From Azolla caroliniana (Eukaryota > Plantae > Polypodiophyta), in NCBI GenBank assembly GCA_043228905.1, contig JBHGNT010000013.1:18104001-18168000 (forward strand): 64,000 nucleotides of DNA. The letters are read 5' to 3'. This document shows, one piece after another, positions 25,801-39,810 of this stretch. Position 1 is the stretch's first letter, and every line of letters starts with the position of its first letter. A program made the translations under genes and the position numbers. The notes beneath the pieces are model-generated. The model saw nothing but the letters and a program-made list of their open reading frames with translations. It made no database searches and was not told the origin of the DNA.

Positions 25801-28800
25801 ATTGTGAATGTCAAACAGCTATTGGCATTCATCTTATTTTTTGCAGAATGTAGCTATATATGCTTGATCAATGCAAGATTGTGGTCAAAGTTTGTATTCA
25901 TGTTCTGGTCTCACGTTAATAATATTAACCACATAGTTAAAAGATTTCTCAAAGCAAAAACTTAATGACACACGCATATGATAAAGCTAGAGTATTTATA
26001 CAACAGAGATCTGTTATTATCTTGGGGAGGCAAGGTCGGAATATATGGCATCTATAAAGTAGGATTAGGAAGAAAGGAGAGAGGGTATCTTCCTTCATGT
26101 TTAGTCAACTCACTATAGGTCACCTTCACAATAATTTAAAACATTAATGATAGTTTCCTGTTTAGATCAATTCTGAAAATGATGTTGATTATACACAAAG
26201 TTGTTTGCACTGACCTTGGATACTGAAGTTTCAAGATATGCATTTAGTCTATTTGAGATGCTGGCCATATAATATCTATCATGTGATTAAATGTTGATGT
26301 TTTTCTGAAGCTCTATCTGTTTTTTCTGTTGGCATAGATTTTACAGTGGTGATACGAAACTCAGTTTCCATATTTTCTTAATTTTGTCATTTCCTCAGTG
26401 GTTTATGAAATCTCTTGATTGTTTTTGTAGGTATTCTGCTGTCGGAGTGTTTGTGCTTGGTAGAACACTTCAAGAAGCCTGGGGAATGGAGGCAACGGAA
26501 AAGCAAAGAGAGTTCAACATGTACCTTGAGGTTTGTATTTTGTATTTTTAACTTCTTTATTTTTTGATTTTTCATAAGTTTGAGCTGGGGTTTATGATGT
26601 TAATGCTCATTTTCTGTGAAAGAAGGTGTGATTTTTAAGCATTTTGAATACTTTGTTAAAAAATGGATTTATGGTTTCTGATGTCAGAATTACACAAACT
26701 TCTCAGTGGCTTCACATGGCGTGCTTTCTTTGGCTCTCTTGTTTTGTTTATCAATTGAACTAGACTATATTAAAAACGGATTCTTAGTTTGTGATTTTGT
26801 GGTTATCAATGATTCCGTGCAGTTTTAGCTTAACTTTCTGACATGATGTCATCAGCAGGTTTTCACTACTTTGGCACATACTAATCTATAGCATTAGAGA
26901 AAAATTGAAAACAATTTTCTTGTACTGTTGATAGGCCAGTGAACATTTCAACCTTTGTCTAATCTGGATTTCATCTCCATTATTTCGAGTCTATTACACG
27001 TGTTAATGATCCTGAAGCTCTAAAATTTAGATGATGGTCGATTGTTTTATTCCAGAAAAACCATTTGTCTATATCAATGGAGCTTGTCACAGCTGTCTTG
27101 GGTGATCATGGGCAGCGTCCGTTGAAGGACTATGGTAATGATCTTTATCTTTTTGCTAATTGCATTTTTTTTGCGAATGGTCAATTTTAGTGTGGGTAGT
27201 GATAATATGAATGATTTCTTGTTGATGGATTGTATATGTATTATCATAAAGCATAATTTGGAGATCTTCTCCTTTTATATAGCAGCCAGCTAAGCCAAGG
27301 AAATTTTCTTGCAAATGTTGACAGTGGTGGTTACAGCGGTGACTGACCTGAGTTCTAAACCCCGATTTTACTCAACATCTGATATTATAGCTTTTTGTCG
27401 ACAATGGAGATTACCTACCAATCATATATGGTTATTCTCTTCAAGGTACTTTATGCTTATGTGTTGTAATCTGCAAGTTATTGTTTCATTCTTCACTTGT
27501 CTTTTCTGAAACAACTGAAGTTTGTTACTTCAAGGAATTCGGCCATATCGTTTTTCACCGCGTATGATGCTCTTTGTGAGGACGGTACTGCAACACCAGC
27601 GAGCACAGTTCTAGATGAGATTGCAGATGTGTCTGTTCCTGGTGGGCATTTGTAACCATTTTTTGAGTTTTTTGTATTTTACACTGGTAATATGTCACTC
27701 TTGAACTTTTTAAATGTATAAGTTTCGTTCAGAGATGTCATAGAGAGTATAACTGTTAAAAACTGTCATACTGATGCGCAGTGCTGAGATAAGTGTTTGA
27801 TTTTCCTGCAGCCACAAAAAGTCATACTGAGGTACAGGGAGAAATCCTCGAAGGATTGGTTGTGAGGATAGTCAGTACTTCAAGTGTAAAGCGTCTAAAA
27901 GAGGTGCTCAAGGATTTTCCTCTGCTTGAAGTCAAAGGTATGATGTTCAAAAGGGCCATGTTTATTATTCATATTAATGAGATGAATAATCAATCATTTT
28001 TTTATTTGGCTTAAAATTTTATCCATGAAAGAATATGGTATGGAATGTGATCTATAAAGCTTCATTTTCTGTTTTTTTTCTGCTTCAAATAGTTGCTTCG
28101 AGAAAATGTTGGATATTGTGATATCTTGATAGTTATTTGTAGATTGCAGCAAGTTCTAGATGAGATTGCAGACTCTACTAATTATGAATATTGTAACACT
28201 TTTGAAGCTTATGTTTAAATTCAGCTACAAATTGGATAAAATACTGAGGTTCTCTTTATAAGATCTCTATTTGTGTATAAAATATTGTTTGTGTGAAGTG
28301 TTTCTAATATGATAAAATAATGTTGCAACATGCAACAGGTCAAAAGGAGTTGCGGCCGACTTTACGTGAAATTTGTGCTTCTCATAAGGGAAATGAAAAT
28401 GAGGTACAATATGCTATCCTCTCTTAAAGGGTGTATGACATACTATACTCAAGGAAATATGCATGTAAAAGTACAGCTGGATGCACAGACATGTTGTATT
28501 TCACTTGTTAGGATGGGCATTGCAGAATATTTCTACTCCTAAATATCTATGCAAACTGTTGAATGTTGTCACTGTTTCCAGCAAGTCAAAGCCTTGCTTC
28601 ATGCTGTTGGACCTAGCATGTGCTCAGATTTTTCAGACTGGAATTCGAAACTGCCAGACAGCTCCCTGTTTAGTAAATTTATAGCTGCAGAGCCAGTGGA
28701 TGAAATGACGAGTAAATTGCAGGTAAGCTTCAGTCTACAGTTGGATTTTAAAAGAAGATCACCATACATGTTTCTTTTAGTCAATCACACAGTTATTTTT

Positions 28801-31800
28801 GGACTGTAGCAGTATATGTATCTATATATTAGGAACTTCCAGATTGCAAGAACATTGGTGTTTGCATGACATTCCACTCCACTGTAGATTCTTTAGGGAA
28901 TAGGCAGGCTTATTCTAATATTTTATCATTGTGTGAAAACTGGAAACAAAATATATTTTAACATAAATTCATACAGGAAATGATTCGACTTTTACGGGCA
29001 CGCAAAATGCAAGCAAGATACCCATGTCGTGTCAAAGAATTTAATAGAAAGGAAGGGAAGATTGACTGCAGGTTAACCATACATATTCTCCAAGACAATG
29101 TTTTTCGCAACTATCAGAAAGAGCTAAGGTAAGTTATACTTTGGTTTTTTATTTATTTTACACTAGTTATTGACTGTAATAAAACTTTCTTTATTAAAAT
29201 GATAGATAATCATACTTCCAAACCATCACGTTCATTTTAGAACACCCGTCCTCTAAAGTTATTTGTGATACCTGGTAAGAAAACAAGTGATCAAACTACA
29301 TTTAAGCTCAGCATCTTAGAATCAAGTATTCATTATGACTGGGAATGGCCTTGTCCACTATTATATTATGTTGGTAGAAGGTATATGGAATAAAATCTTT
29401 AAGGATGATGAATAGACCAATTTTAATTAGTATATTTCTTTATGTTTCAGGAGGTCCCCTGGGTTGTGGCCCTTGTATCGAGGTATGTCTTTAACCAAAT
29501 GTGGACATTTCCTTTTTCTACGGTTTGATGCTTCAAAGAACACTCAGTACTTTTTCATATGTTTGCAGCAGCAACACAGATCACACTTAGGAGTAAAATA
29601 AAGGAATCAGCTGTGTAAACTAAAGTTTAAATTATAATAAGTAGATGCTGGTGTCATGATCAATATTTCTAAATATTGATTATTGCAGTAATTAATAAAT
29701 AAGAAACGGGCGCTGAAAGAAGTAAAACTGTTGGACAAAATATAGCTATTTACTTATATTTAGATACCCTGGTCTTGACTAGGGATGGTCAACCTGTATT
29801 TGTGTCTATACATCATGTATTTTGTGGTACCAAATGTATGTAAATATGAATTTCTTTACTTTCTTCTTTCTTATCATGATAGCATGTTCTTTAAATGAAG
29901 AAGAAAGCATCACTATGGCCATCAATATATATTGAAGCTTGCATCTGTTTCTCGTCAAATATATGTTCCTTAGTATTCTAGGTGCCTCAATAAATGATTT
30001 ATGTCAGATGCAAACTACCTGTACTTGGCATTCGGTCACTGAAATTGAGATTATGTTTTAGGATTTTTCGTTGATGTTTCTCTTTTTGACGAAAAGAGTC
30101 GAGCTTCTCCTGTCAGTTATCAATCTGATGCTCCATATAAAAATAATATAGAGGATGATGTTCTTGCTGATGAGGCAGAACATTTGATGCTGAAATTGAA
30201 GTTCTTAACGTACAAGGTAATTCATTATTTCTAAAAAGTTTTACCTGTATGGAATCCATTAGATAAAAGAATGTATTTCTAATGTTGCTTGACTGAATTT
30301 AACTTCACCAAGGCTGTTTGTACAAGTCATTATGTACAGTGATATCTGTAGCGTTGTAATGGTTTATAAGATTGGTATTCACAAAAGCTGAATAACCGTA
30401 CTCGATCACAAGTTATGACCCGTTTGCATCAGCATCAATTCAGAATTCCAACATTATGCTTATAACTGTATAGAATGGATTACAATAAACAAGGAAATTG
30501 GTCTCAACATTTCAGCATGCATGCTTGTGTTACTATATATCTATATTTTATATTCATGTACATGTTGTTTTTGGATTATGATAGAAAACGTAATGCCCTT
30601 GTTTTCTTATATCCCTGGTCTTGTTTTGCAGCTTCGTACCTTTCTTATTCGCAATGGGTTGTCTCTGCTCTTTGATGAAGGATTTGCTGCATATCGAAAA
30701 TACTATCTGAGGTTTGTATATTCCTTTCGTGTATGGAATAAAAATTTTCAGATAACCTCATCGAAATAAAAGTATTGAAGCATTTAATTGATTCTATGGA
30801 ATATTGCCAATGCCCCGTTTTATTCTTGGTTTCAGTGTTATGTATGACATTACTATGTAAAGAATGAGTTTAAAAAAACATGCATTGTGAATAATGAAAG
30901 ATTTGAAGAATGCGTCTTATCATTTGTTTTCTCTCTTGAGGTTATCAGGTTAATGGATATATGGGGAACAAGTCCAAATAAACAACAGCAACTGGATCAG
31001 ATGTTGACAGAGTGGTGATTTTTATGATTTAATTTCTTACCAAACAAATGGGCATGCGAACCTGCTATTTTTTCACTAACTGATACCATAAGATCCAGAA
31101 GCAGTTGATAAGTCTCCTCCCATTGATTTGTTTTTTAGGGCAGGATATATCACAAAAAAATGTCGAGGAATAAAGCTTGAGGAGAGGGAGTACTTATCTG
31201 AGGCTGAATTATTTTTAGAGAGATTTGCAGAAAAAAGCCTTAGGAATAAGCAACTTGTAGGTGCTGCTTCAGATAGTATTAAAACACGAGACCTATTTGC
31301 AAATCTGTCAGTTCGTGAGGATGATGATAATGTCAACCTTAAATCTTTATCACCTATTTCTAGCCCAAGAGATTCTACGAAAGCGAGAGGAGTGCTCATA
31401 TTTTTTCCAGGCAAAGTATATTTTCACTAAATTTTAATTATTTTCTCAATGCTTCAATACCTCTGAAGGGGGTTGTTTCTCTCAGGTATTCCTGGATGTG
31501 CAAAATCTGCACTTTGCAAAGAACTGTTGCAACACCCTGATGGTTTTGGAAATAATAAGTCTGTGCAAAGCCTCATGGGCGACATGACAAAAGGTCAAAA
31601 TAGCCGTCTAAAGATTTTAGAATGAGATAACAGGTATGAGATTGATAGGTTGTGCTGAAATATCATTAGTAATGTGCATATTTCTATTTACTTCTGCAGG
31701 TAGGTATTGGGAAAAGCTGGCAGAAGAACGAAGAAGAAATCCCAATTCTATCTGGTTGGCAGATAAGAATGCTCCTAACGAGGATGTTTGGATAACAGTA

Positions 31801-34800
31801 AGCGTACAATTTTAGACATTCCTGTGGAAATATTTACAGCCTGTATAACTTCTTGATTGTTATACTACACCTTCTAGGTAAGCAAAATGTGTCAAAGCAC
31901 TAATTCTATTGGAATACCAATTGTTCCCGATTCTGAAGGTATAGAAGAGTATAAAAAGGGAATAGTCATTTTAAAATTATGGAATTCATCTGCTGTAACA
32001 TTTGAAATAAAACATAAATATGGTATAGCATCAACTGTCTAGTGAGGTGGAAAGTCATGTCAAAAATATAAAGTTACCATAACAATATGGATCGAATATT
32101 AAATCTAAATTTAGACTCAATCCTTTTATGTCAATATCTGCATATCCTTTGCAGGTACAAGCTCAAATCCCTTCTCTTTGGAGACTTTGGCCGTATTTCT
32201 TTTTCGTGTTTTGCAACGTGTTGATCATCCTGTAAGTGTTTTTGAGCTCTGATTTTATTGATGATCATGAAAAATTTATAGACTTACAGTATTATTTTGT
32301 TGCTGGATGCATTTGATGACGCTTTGTGATATTAATAGTTATTTCAGATTATATCATATGGCTTAGATATAGATTCACTATTTGAGTATAGCCTTGACTG
32401 TCTGTTTCTGGATATGACTTAAGTCAGAAAGAAAGAAAGAAAGATATATTTATGTCATTGAAGTTGACATAGAACAAACATGGATCATTCCCAAAATGCA
32501 ACTAGACCCAAAGGTTTCCACTTATTAAAAGTTCAAGTATATGAAGACACATATCACATGCCCTTTCAATAGTGATAAGACAGTTTGGGACACCACCTCA
32601 AAATAGGTTTTAAGAGAACCACATAAACCGGGCTTGCAATCAAGAAGTTGAATTGGAGTATTTATCTTCCAAACCTAATTACATTTCAAGCCATTTAGTG
32701 TTAGGAAGCTAGAATAGAAAGCCATTTTTCTTTTGTTACTCATTAATGAGCTAACATGTACTTTTGGAAGCTCTGCCAGGTCTCATAGGCCATTATGGTA
32801 TTTATTAGATTTTAGTAATCTATCTATCTATCTTTCTTTTACCAATGATAGATGAACTTCAGTGGTCATTACTTGCCCAAACTGTATAGATTGAACCCAG
32901 AGTTAAGAGTTGAGTGTATTGCCAGAGGGAAATGGTTGCTGCTGAACCGGTCAGAGAAGTTTCGGGAAGGGTTTCACCACTTTGGATCGTGTATTGACAT
33001 TCCAAGCTCTTATTGATGAAGGAAGAGCCCAGAAAAGGAGTATTGATTGTTTCTTTGTAGGTCTCCGGAAAGCCTTTGACACTATCATATGCTCTGCTCA
33101 TGAAGTGACTGGAGGCTTGTGGATTCCAGAAAATGTACATCAAGAAATCTATAACTATATAAATCCGTTTTAGGAAAACTGCATGCTCCCTAATGGTTAT
33201 TAGAGGTACTGACTAGCATGATTGGAGGGGAAATGCAGTATCTAATTATATAAAGATATTGGGTACCCAGGAGCATGTTTGGTGACGGTAGTCATACTGA
33301 TATTACTAAATGCTCTGATGACATTGTGCTTTTTAACTCTCTGGAGAGACTACACAGACATCTAGATGCTTCGAAGTCACTTGTTACAGAGTTTTTCAAT
33401 AAACCTTGCTAAAACTAAAGTGATTGTGTTTAACACCGTCAAGAATGGGTAGCAAGATCAGAACTGTAAAATTCTTGTTGGGAGAATGAAAGGTCTCATA
33501 CACAATCCTACATGTCCCTAGCAGTAACATTTGCAGGGCCTAATTTTACAGGAAGCTGCCAACTTTCTTGTGGATATGAAGCCCTTGAAATGTAATGTGC
33601 ATATACAATTCCAAGAGCCATGAAAAAAATTATGGTTTGATACTCTTATAACACCTACCCTTCTCCATGAGGTAGAAATTTGGAGTCCAAGATTTTGTAT
33701 GGTGCAGGAGAGATCACATGATGAACGAAATATTGGTGGCCCCATCATATAGTTCGAGCTGAGATACTGAAAGTTGGCACTTATTTCACTTAAGCAGCTG
33801 GCAGAACATGGCGATATTCATTGTTGGTATGTTGACATACAATCTGGTTCCAAACACATTTTTGCCTTAAATATAAATGCAATATGCCCCTTCCAATATA
33901 GCTTGGATAGTTTACACTAGGACATGAACAGTGGAAAAAATAGAGCGAGGCAATCTGTTTCCATTAAATTGTATCATGGAAGAATGTGGATCAGCCCTAT
34001 GACTCCTCTTGGTAGGAAGGTTGCCTACAAATGGTCCTCTTCTTGTAACAATAATATCGGCCTCATGTGCTTAGGACCTCGTAAAATATTTTATTGATGG
34101 AGACAGGAAGATATGTATGCAAATCTATGGAAGAATGGATCTGCTAAGTGTGCTATTGAGGTATAGAATCTGAGGAATATAAATTTGGCATGGCACTCTC
34201 TTCTGTGAATTAACGGGGAGATACCCCTACCTTTTCTGCCAAGTCTGTCGTCCACCCAGCAAGGTAATGGAATACCAAGACAGTCAATGCTTTATATTGT
34301 TCGTGATCAGGCATGTTATCCTATGCCGACAAAACATAGAAATGGAGGTTCTACTCTACCCTTTCATTTCAATGTTACCTCTATTGTTGATAGATCATTT
34401 TAGTGAGTCTTGCAAGCCTCAAAAACTTCTCTAGCATGTTATTAGGAGGATCAGCTTCACCTCCTTCATCTCGCTTGTGATCAGGTTGTGGTGAATCCCT
34501 ACATTTAATGAACTTAACTGGCTCACCACTTGGGTACAGCCTCAAGAGAGGGAGAGTTTTATTTTTGTCCAGGTATCAAGTTAGTTGCTACTTTTGTGTA
34601 CTTTCAGGGTAACCTTGATGGCAATTCTCAAAACCCAGGTTTTGTTCTCTTAATGTTCTACAACTTATATGAGGGAAAGGTATGGTATTGTTACTGGAGG
34701 TATTATAAGTTTTTGCTGATTAGGTGCACAAAAAATTCTTTGCATTCATTTTTTTTGCTTTGATATCAACCTTTATCAGACACGAATGGAATTTGAGGAT

Positions 34801-36906
34801 GCACTTCAGAGGCGATTTGGTTATGTTGTAAAGCAGCCAGTGCTTGTTGCTAACAGGCAAGGCATTATAATAGATTGTTCAGTACATTCCTTTAATGATA
34901 ATAATACTGTAGCTTGACTGCTCAGTTTAAGGGGCTTGTAGTTAATCAAGAAGAGATGAAAGTGTGCCACATATACTATCTGTTGACCTTCAGTAATTTC
35001 AGGCCAGAGATGCCAGCACCAGTGATAGGTATTCTTACGCGAGGACTGGAACTTTTCCAAAGACATACTGTCAAGCATGGCAAGTAAGGCAATTAATATT
35101 TACTGTTGAATCTCTTCTTTCGTTTTATGATAAATATCTTGAGACTTTCTATGTGGCAACGTGTATGGGATCTCAATATCTCATTTTTCCTTTTCTTTTT
35201 CTTCATTGTCCAGTTAAGGGGGGAAATATTACTACTGAATATCAATGGGTAGTGCACTGTAGATACTTGAGCAATATCAACAGTTGAATCTCTTCCTTTA
35301 TTTTATGATAGTTATCTTGAGACTTTCTATCTCTTTCCTTTTCTTTTTCCTCTTGTTCAGTAAGGGAGGGAATATTACTACAAAGTATTAATGGCTGTGA
35401 GACTGTTCTTTGCTCTTTGTGTCATAGTTCACCTCATTAGCTCTACGTGAGGATAGGACTGCTGAAATATTGAAAATGGCAATCATTTCAAAAAGCCACT
35501 GCTACAGAAGAAATCTATTTATCCAATCATTCAACCTCATTTTCTCTTTCATCGTTGGATTAATTAGATTGGAGAGCACAAAGGGCGCCTTTCGGGATGA
35601 ATGGGCGAGATGGGAGAAGAGATTGCGGGAAATCTTCATGGGAAATGCAGATCATTTGCGTGCAATCCAGGTGAGGAAACATACATCTTCCTGAAGTTAA
35701 CTTTCAAGCACATAAATGCCTCTAATATCCAGGTTCTGTTTTAATCACAAGGTTCCATTTGAGAATGTCGTTCGGAGTGTCAGACAGCAACTTGAAGCAA
35801 TCATGAAAGGTGATATGTCTATCCGTGTTGGTGCAGAAGGAGATAAAACGTTTCACAATATAATGTATGCAGCAATATCTGTGGCACCTGAAGCTGTCAT
35901 TGGGGCTTTAAACAAGGTATGTAATCACATTACTTGTATGTGGTAATACAAGTTACTATGTCATTGGCAGTCGTGGTTCCAGAAAGATAAAAGTCTAAAA
36001 TGTGGAGAGAAGAAAATTGCAAAATGGAAAGTAGATGTTTAGGTTGTGTTTACTGGCCTAGGGTGAAGGGTGTCCTCAATGATGTGAACACCAAAATAGC
36101 TTGTAGCCCAACTATAACCAAGGCCTGCTCTATTTCTGGTGTAGGACAAGCAACTGCCTAGGATTCAAGGGTGTCCTTTATGATGTAAACCATTGTAGCC
36201 TAAATATACCTTTGCCAGCTCTTTTTTAGTGCAGGGCACACAATAAAAGTTTATCAGTGATGAATTTAAATGCAAATTTTATGATGAATTTACATCCATC
36301 GATCTTTTCAATTGTGCTGGTTTTAAATGAAGATGAATGTTCCTGTTATTTGTCTGTCATAATGAGTCAGACAAATAACAGGAACATCTTCACTCAAAAT
36401 AAACAATATCTAGTAATAATGAGGAATGTTTTCAGGTTTCTGCTTCAAATGATAAGGTCAAGACATACATTACAATGAGAGGAATTGAGGGAAGTTTGCA
36501 AGCAGCTCATGTTACACTTGCACATAAGAAATCACATGGAGTGCCAGCTGTAGCGGTTTTTGGCGGTCTTCGAGGTGTCTCGGTTCCGATACAGTTGACT
36601 GCTTTTCTGTACGCTGAAAATATGTGTGCATTTGATGTCAATATTCCTAAAAATGAGAACAAGATATCATCACATAATGAATGGCCCCATATAACGGTAA
36701 TCTCCAAATATTTCTGCAAAATTTCAAGGTTTTTTAGCATTAGAAATGTCGTTACATATTCATTATTTTGTGTATAGGTTTGGACTGCTGAAGGCACTCG
36801 CCCAAAGGAGGCAAACAACCTTCCACAACTTGTTTCTCAGGGGCTCGCAACACGTCTAGACTTTGCTAGTCCCTTTGCTTTGACAGGGGTTGTTGAACTA
36901 TTATGA
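10834..36906 (+). CDS. RNL: Plant tRNA ligase (adenylyltransferase/ligase, polynucleotide kinase, 2',3'-cyclic phosphodiesterase), 28 exons, about 1091 aa
   Basis: Exons: 10834-10929, 12027-12344, 15950-16000, 16551-16633, 26431-26530, 27056-27134, 27325-27445, 27535-27641, 27812-27937, 28339-28403, 28582-28722, 28977-29128, 29451-29482, 30062-30216, 30632-30711, 30949-31014, 31139-31410, 31486-31593, 31700-31797, 31878-31938, 32155-32231, 34608-34679, 34780-34856, 35003-35083, 35568-35670, 35752-35916, 36436-36696, 36778-36906 (sum 3276 nt, in frame). Motifs: QIRATFYPKFENEKSDQE, ligase motif I TLKHSGSL, P-loop GIPGCAKS, 2H motifs HVT and HIT. Exon 1 and the start codon are the least certain parts. 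Confidence 0.93.
13520..14700 (-). mobile_element. Highly degraded copia remnant in RNL intron 2
   Basis: iMet PBS (GCTCTGATACCA on +, about 14469-14480) and an RT-like FKYKIDGFVDKYKTRLVV at about 13820-13880. Boundaries are approximate. Confidence 0.55.
16740..23181 (+). mobile_element. 3' remnant of a non-LTR retrotransposon (LINE), split by the copia insertion
   Basis: ORF 16866-17450 has the LINE C-terminal zinc-binding motif SSHQLEIEVGR...ERICQLC...E..EHYVCHC. Sequence resumes after the TSD at 22979 and ends in an (AATAG)n tail at about 23158-23181. Confidence 0.7.
17510..22978 (+). mobile_element. Full-length Ty1/copia LTR retrotransposon (inactivated) in RNL intron 4
   Basis: LTRs 17510-17825 and 22666-22978 (about 15 substitutions and a 3-bp indel by eye). 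TSD CTTAG at 17505-17509 and 22979-22983. PBS TGGTATCAGAGC 17828-17839, PPT ATGGGGGAG before 22666. gag-PR-INT-RT(YVDD at about 21486)-RH with stops and frameshifts. Confidence 0.97.
23500..25250 (-). mobile_element. Degraded L1-like LINE reverse transcriptase remnant
   Basis: Eroded motifs in collinear order on the minus strand: CPGIN (about PGPDG), IKNWK (about NWRPISL), ISQGEHL (about RQGCPL). Many frameshifts. Confidence 0.5.
32860..33950 (+). mobile_element. LINE RT remnant (RTE-like) in RNL intron 21
   Basis: FRKGFTTLDRVLTFQALIDEG...DCFFVGLRKAFDTI (RT motif), followed by eroded ADDIVL and NLAKTKVIVF-like segments. Confidence 0.7.
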
Positions 36907-37899
36907 AGCTGACCTATGTTAGTTGGTCATGTGCTTCCATTAAACTTCACAATTGCATATGCATCAATCATGATTATATGATTGATGGAAAAAAATAAAA
37001 ATAAAGGAAACTTCATCCACAAAGTAATACTAAAAATAGTTCACCGTTATTCGATGAGTTGAAAATGGTTAACAGAACGGAAAGCTTTTTAGTCACCTAT
37101 AGAAGTCAAACTGAGACCGAAATTTTATTTATATTATTCCTTTTTCGTTCTAGTAATGTACACCAAAAAGGTACAATATTTTTGGAATGTGTCACAGTTG
37201 ACACCTTCATCTGAGCCTATTCTATTTATCATATTACCATTCTTTCCTAACATGGAAAAGGTAGATTTTAAGAAAGCCTAGTAAAATTCTTACTGAGCTT
37301 GGCATAAACAAATAATAGTTATAAAAGTCTGTCATTGTATTGAAAAACTTTTCACACATTTCCCCATCTTATTTGTTTCATTTGTTCTTGAAGTTGTGTC
37401 CAAAAATCCTGAATTTGGTTGACTTGATGAGCTTAAGCGTAAACATTATATTTTTTGCTTTTGTGAACTAAATTTATTTGGCACTCAATGTTAAAAGGGT
37501 GGTTGTGATCTTTGTTTTAAATTCTGATCTTGGCTTATAGAGGAATGTGTTTTGATCTTAACAACTTTACAGTAGGTTCAATAGAAGCACTAGGAGCAGA
37601 TTGAAGTCGATTAAAATGGTTAGGAGCTAATATGCATTTACATGATTGAGGATTTGATGACCAATGATGTTTAGTGGTGCTGCCATTCCACCTTTTTGAG
37701 TCATTCAGAATCTGTCGGGCAGGTGTGTATGCAACATCCACTGCCTCATTCAGACCATAAGGTTTCACAACTGAATGGGTGGCCTGTACATGATTTAATT
37801 TTTTGCACTGCTTTGTAATGCTGCTATTGTCATAGTTAAGGTACCCAAAAATACATATTATTGAGGAAGTTTCAACATACATTCAGTTTTGAATTTGTA

Positions 37900-38600
37900 C
37901 GTGTTAGATGTTGCATCTTAATACAGAACAAGGATTTGTGAGAGAAAGGGTGTTTAGAGATGGGCGAGGGAATACATGCATTTCTGAGGGAGAAAGGGTT
38001 ATTGGAAAATGATTTTGTGCTTGGAAATGCCTTTGTGACATGTATGTTAGGTGTGGTGTGTTGGATAAAGCACGAGAAGTGTTAAAATGAGATTAAAACG
38101 ATCTGGAATATTGCATCATGGAATACAGTGATATTTGGATATGTCCAGAACACCCTTGACAATGAAGCCCTGGAATGCGTTTGCTGCATGTTGGATGAAG
38201 GTGTCTATCCAATTACTGTAATCTGTATTTGCTTATTGAAAGTGTGTGGCAATATAGGATATCTTAGGATGGCAGAAGACCTATATATCAAAGTTAAAAA
38301 ACAAGGGCTATTGAGAACAGATGTGGTGTTCAGCACTTCAATAATTGACCAATGTGGCATGCTTGAAAAAAAGCACACCAAGTCTTTGAAAAGATCCCAT
38401 TACAAGATATTGTTTCTTGGAACACATTAACGGCTGGGTATACCCATTTGGGAAAGGCTAAAGGCGTTTTACACTTTCAACCGAATCAGAAGAGCAGGTA
38501 TAATGTCATACAGGGTTACCTTTGTCATTCTGACTGCATGCAGTCATGCAGGCCTGCTGGAGGAAAGGCAAATGGTTTTTGATGAAATGTATTTCAAATA
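37900..38600 (+). pseudogene. PLS-class pentatricopeptide repeat pseudogene
   Basis: GLLENDFVLGNA..MYVRCGVLDKAREV, ASWNTVIFGYVQ, LLKVCGNIG, VSWNTLTAGY, VTFVILTACSHAGLLEE, with frameshifts and a stop. Confidence 0.85.
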
Positions 38601-39299
38601 CTGATTGCTGTATGGCCACACAACACCTTGTGACACAATATGCAAAAGCCTTCAACAACTTAGGCCTATGAGAGTTATTTCACAAAGTTCTTTTAGCTTT
38701 TCATACATGTAAATTTAAGGATGTTTTTATAACCGAACTGAATTGTCTACTTCTATTAGATAAATTTGACAACATGTTGTTTGTAATATACTTCCCCTTC
38801 CTACTTCAACCTTCAATTTTATCTGCCACGATTTGCATACCAGCGTTGCAAATTTTATTCATTGGAAGGTGCAATTCCCACTGTGGAAATTTATCAATTT
38901 CCTGCATGCCCTTGAAGAAACAACAACGAGAGAGAATCAGAAGATAGTATCTTCTCAATCACGACTTTCACTTCATTAAAGCATCCAGCATAGCGAAGAT
39001 GATCAAGCATGGCAAATATAATGATCTAGAATTACATCAACATAATAAACACAACACATGTAATTAAAGTGCATTGTCCCTTCTTCCATGACGCCTTCAT
39101 GGTTGCATGGAGTTAGTAGAATCAAGAAAGTGGCTTCTTGGAATGCTTCTTCTGATTTCTCTGGCGATACATTTTCATGCATCTATTCATCTCTGAGCCC
39201 TCCATTTCTTTGCTTTGCACTTATCTCTTTCCCCAGATCAAGATGTAAATCAGCTTTCAAATGCAAGTAGAGGTTATGGAATCTGCACAGGTCTTCTCC

Positions 39300-39810
39300 T
39301 TCTCCATTTTGCATATTCCAGAAGGATTCATGGCTTCACCACAACTGTTGAACAGATCCTGAAATCAATACATTCGATGACACTATATCTTGCATTGGAA
39401 GGAGTTCTTCAAATAGCGATACACATCAAGCAATACATTCCCAAGCACAATGATGCTTCTCAACTATCTCAATTTTCTAACTTCTCATCTCCAATCTAAA
39501 GACATCTTGTACTATTGCACACTTCCGAGTATGCAAACCAACATTACAGTATATGGAGAAATAATCTCCGATTGCGTTTGCTTTAAGCATTTACGAGCTT
39601 CATGATTAAAGCTCATGCGCAAAGTATAGTTTGCACTATTATTTGCACTGAAAGTTCTTCAAATGTGTCTCATGCTTTTTCCAACCTACCACATTTTCCA
39701 TACATACCACAATGTCTTGAATTTCTCTTCCCTTGGCAATATTTTTCGATGTCTCACATGCTTGTAAGAATCTTATCAAACTCCTTGTTTGGGGGATTAC
39801 CTTGACTTAG
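39300..39810 (-). pseudogene. Second, more eroded PPR pseudogene fragment
   Basis: Minus-strand pieces in shifting frames: LIRFLQACETSKNIAKGREI, YGKCGRLEKA*DTFEEL, HEARKCLKQTQSEIISPYTVMLVCIL, IVLGNVLLDVY. Confidence 0.55.
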
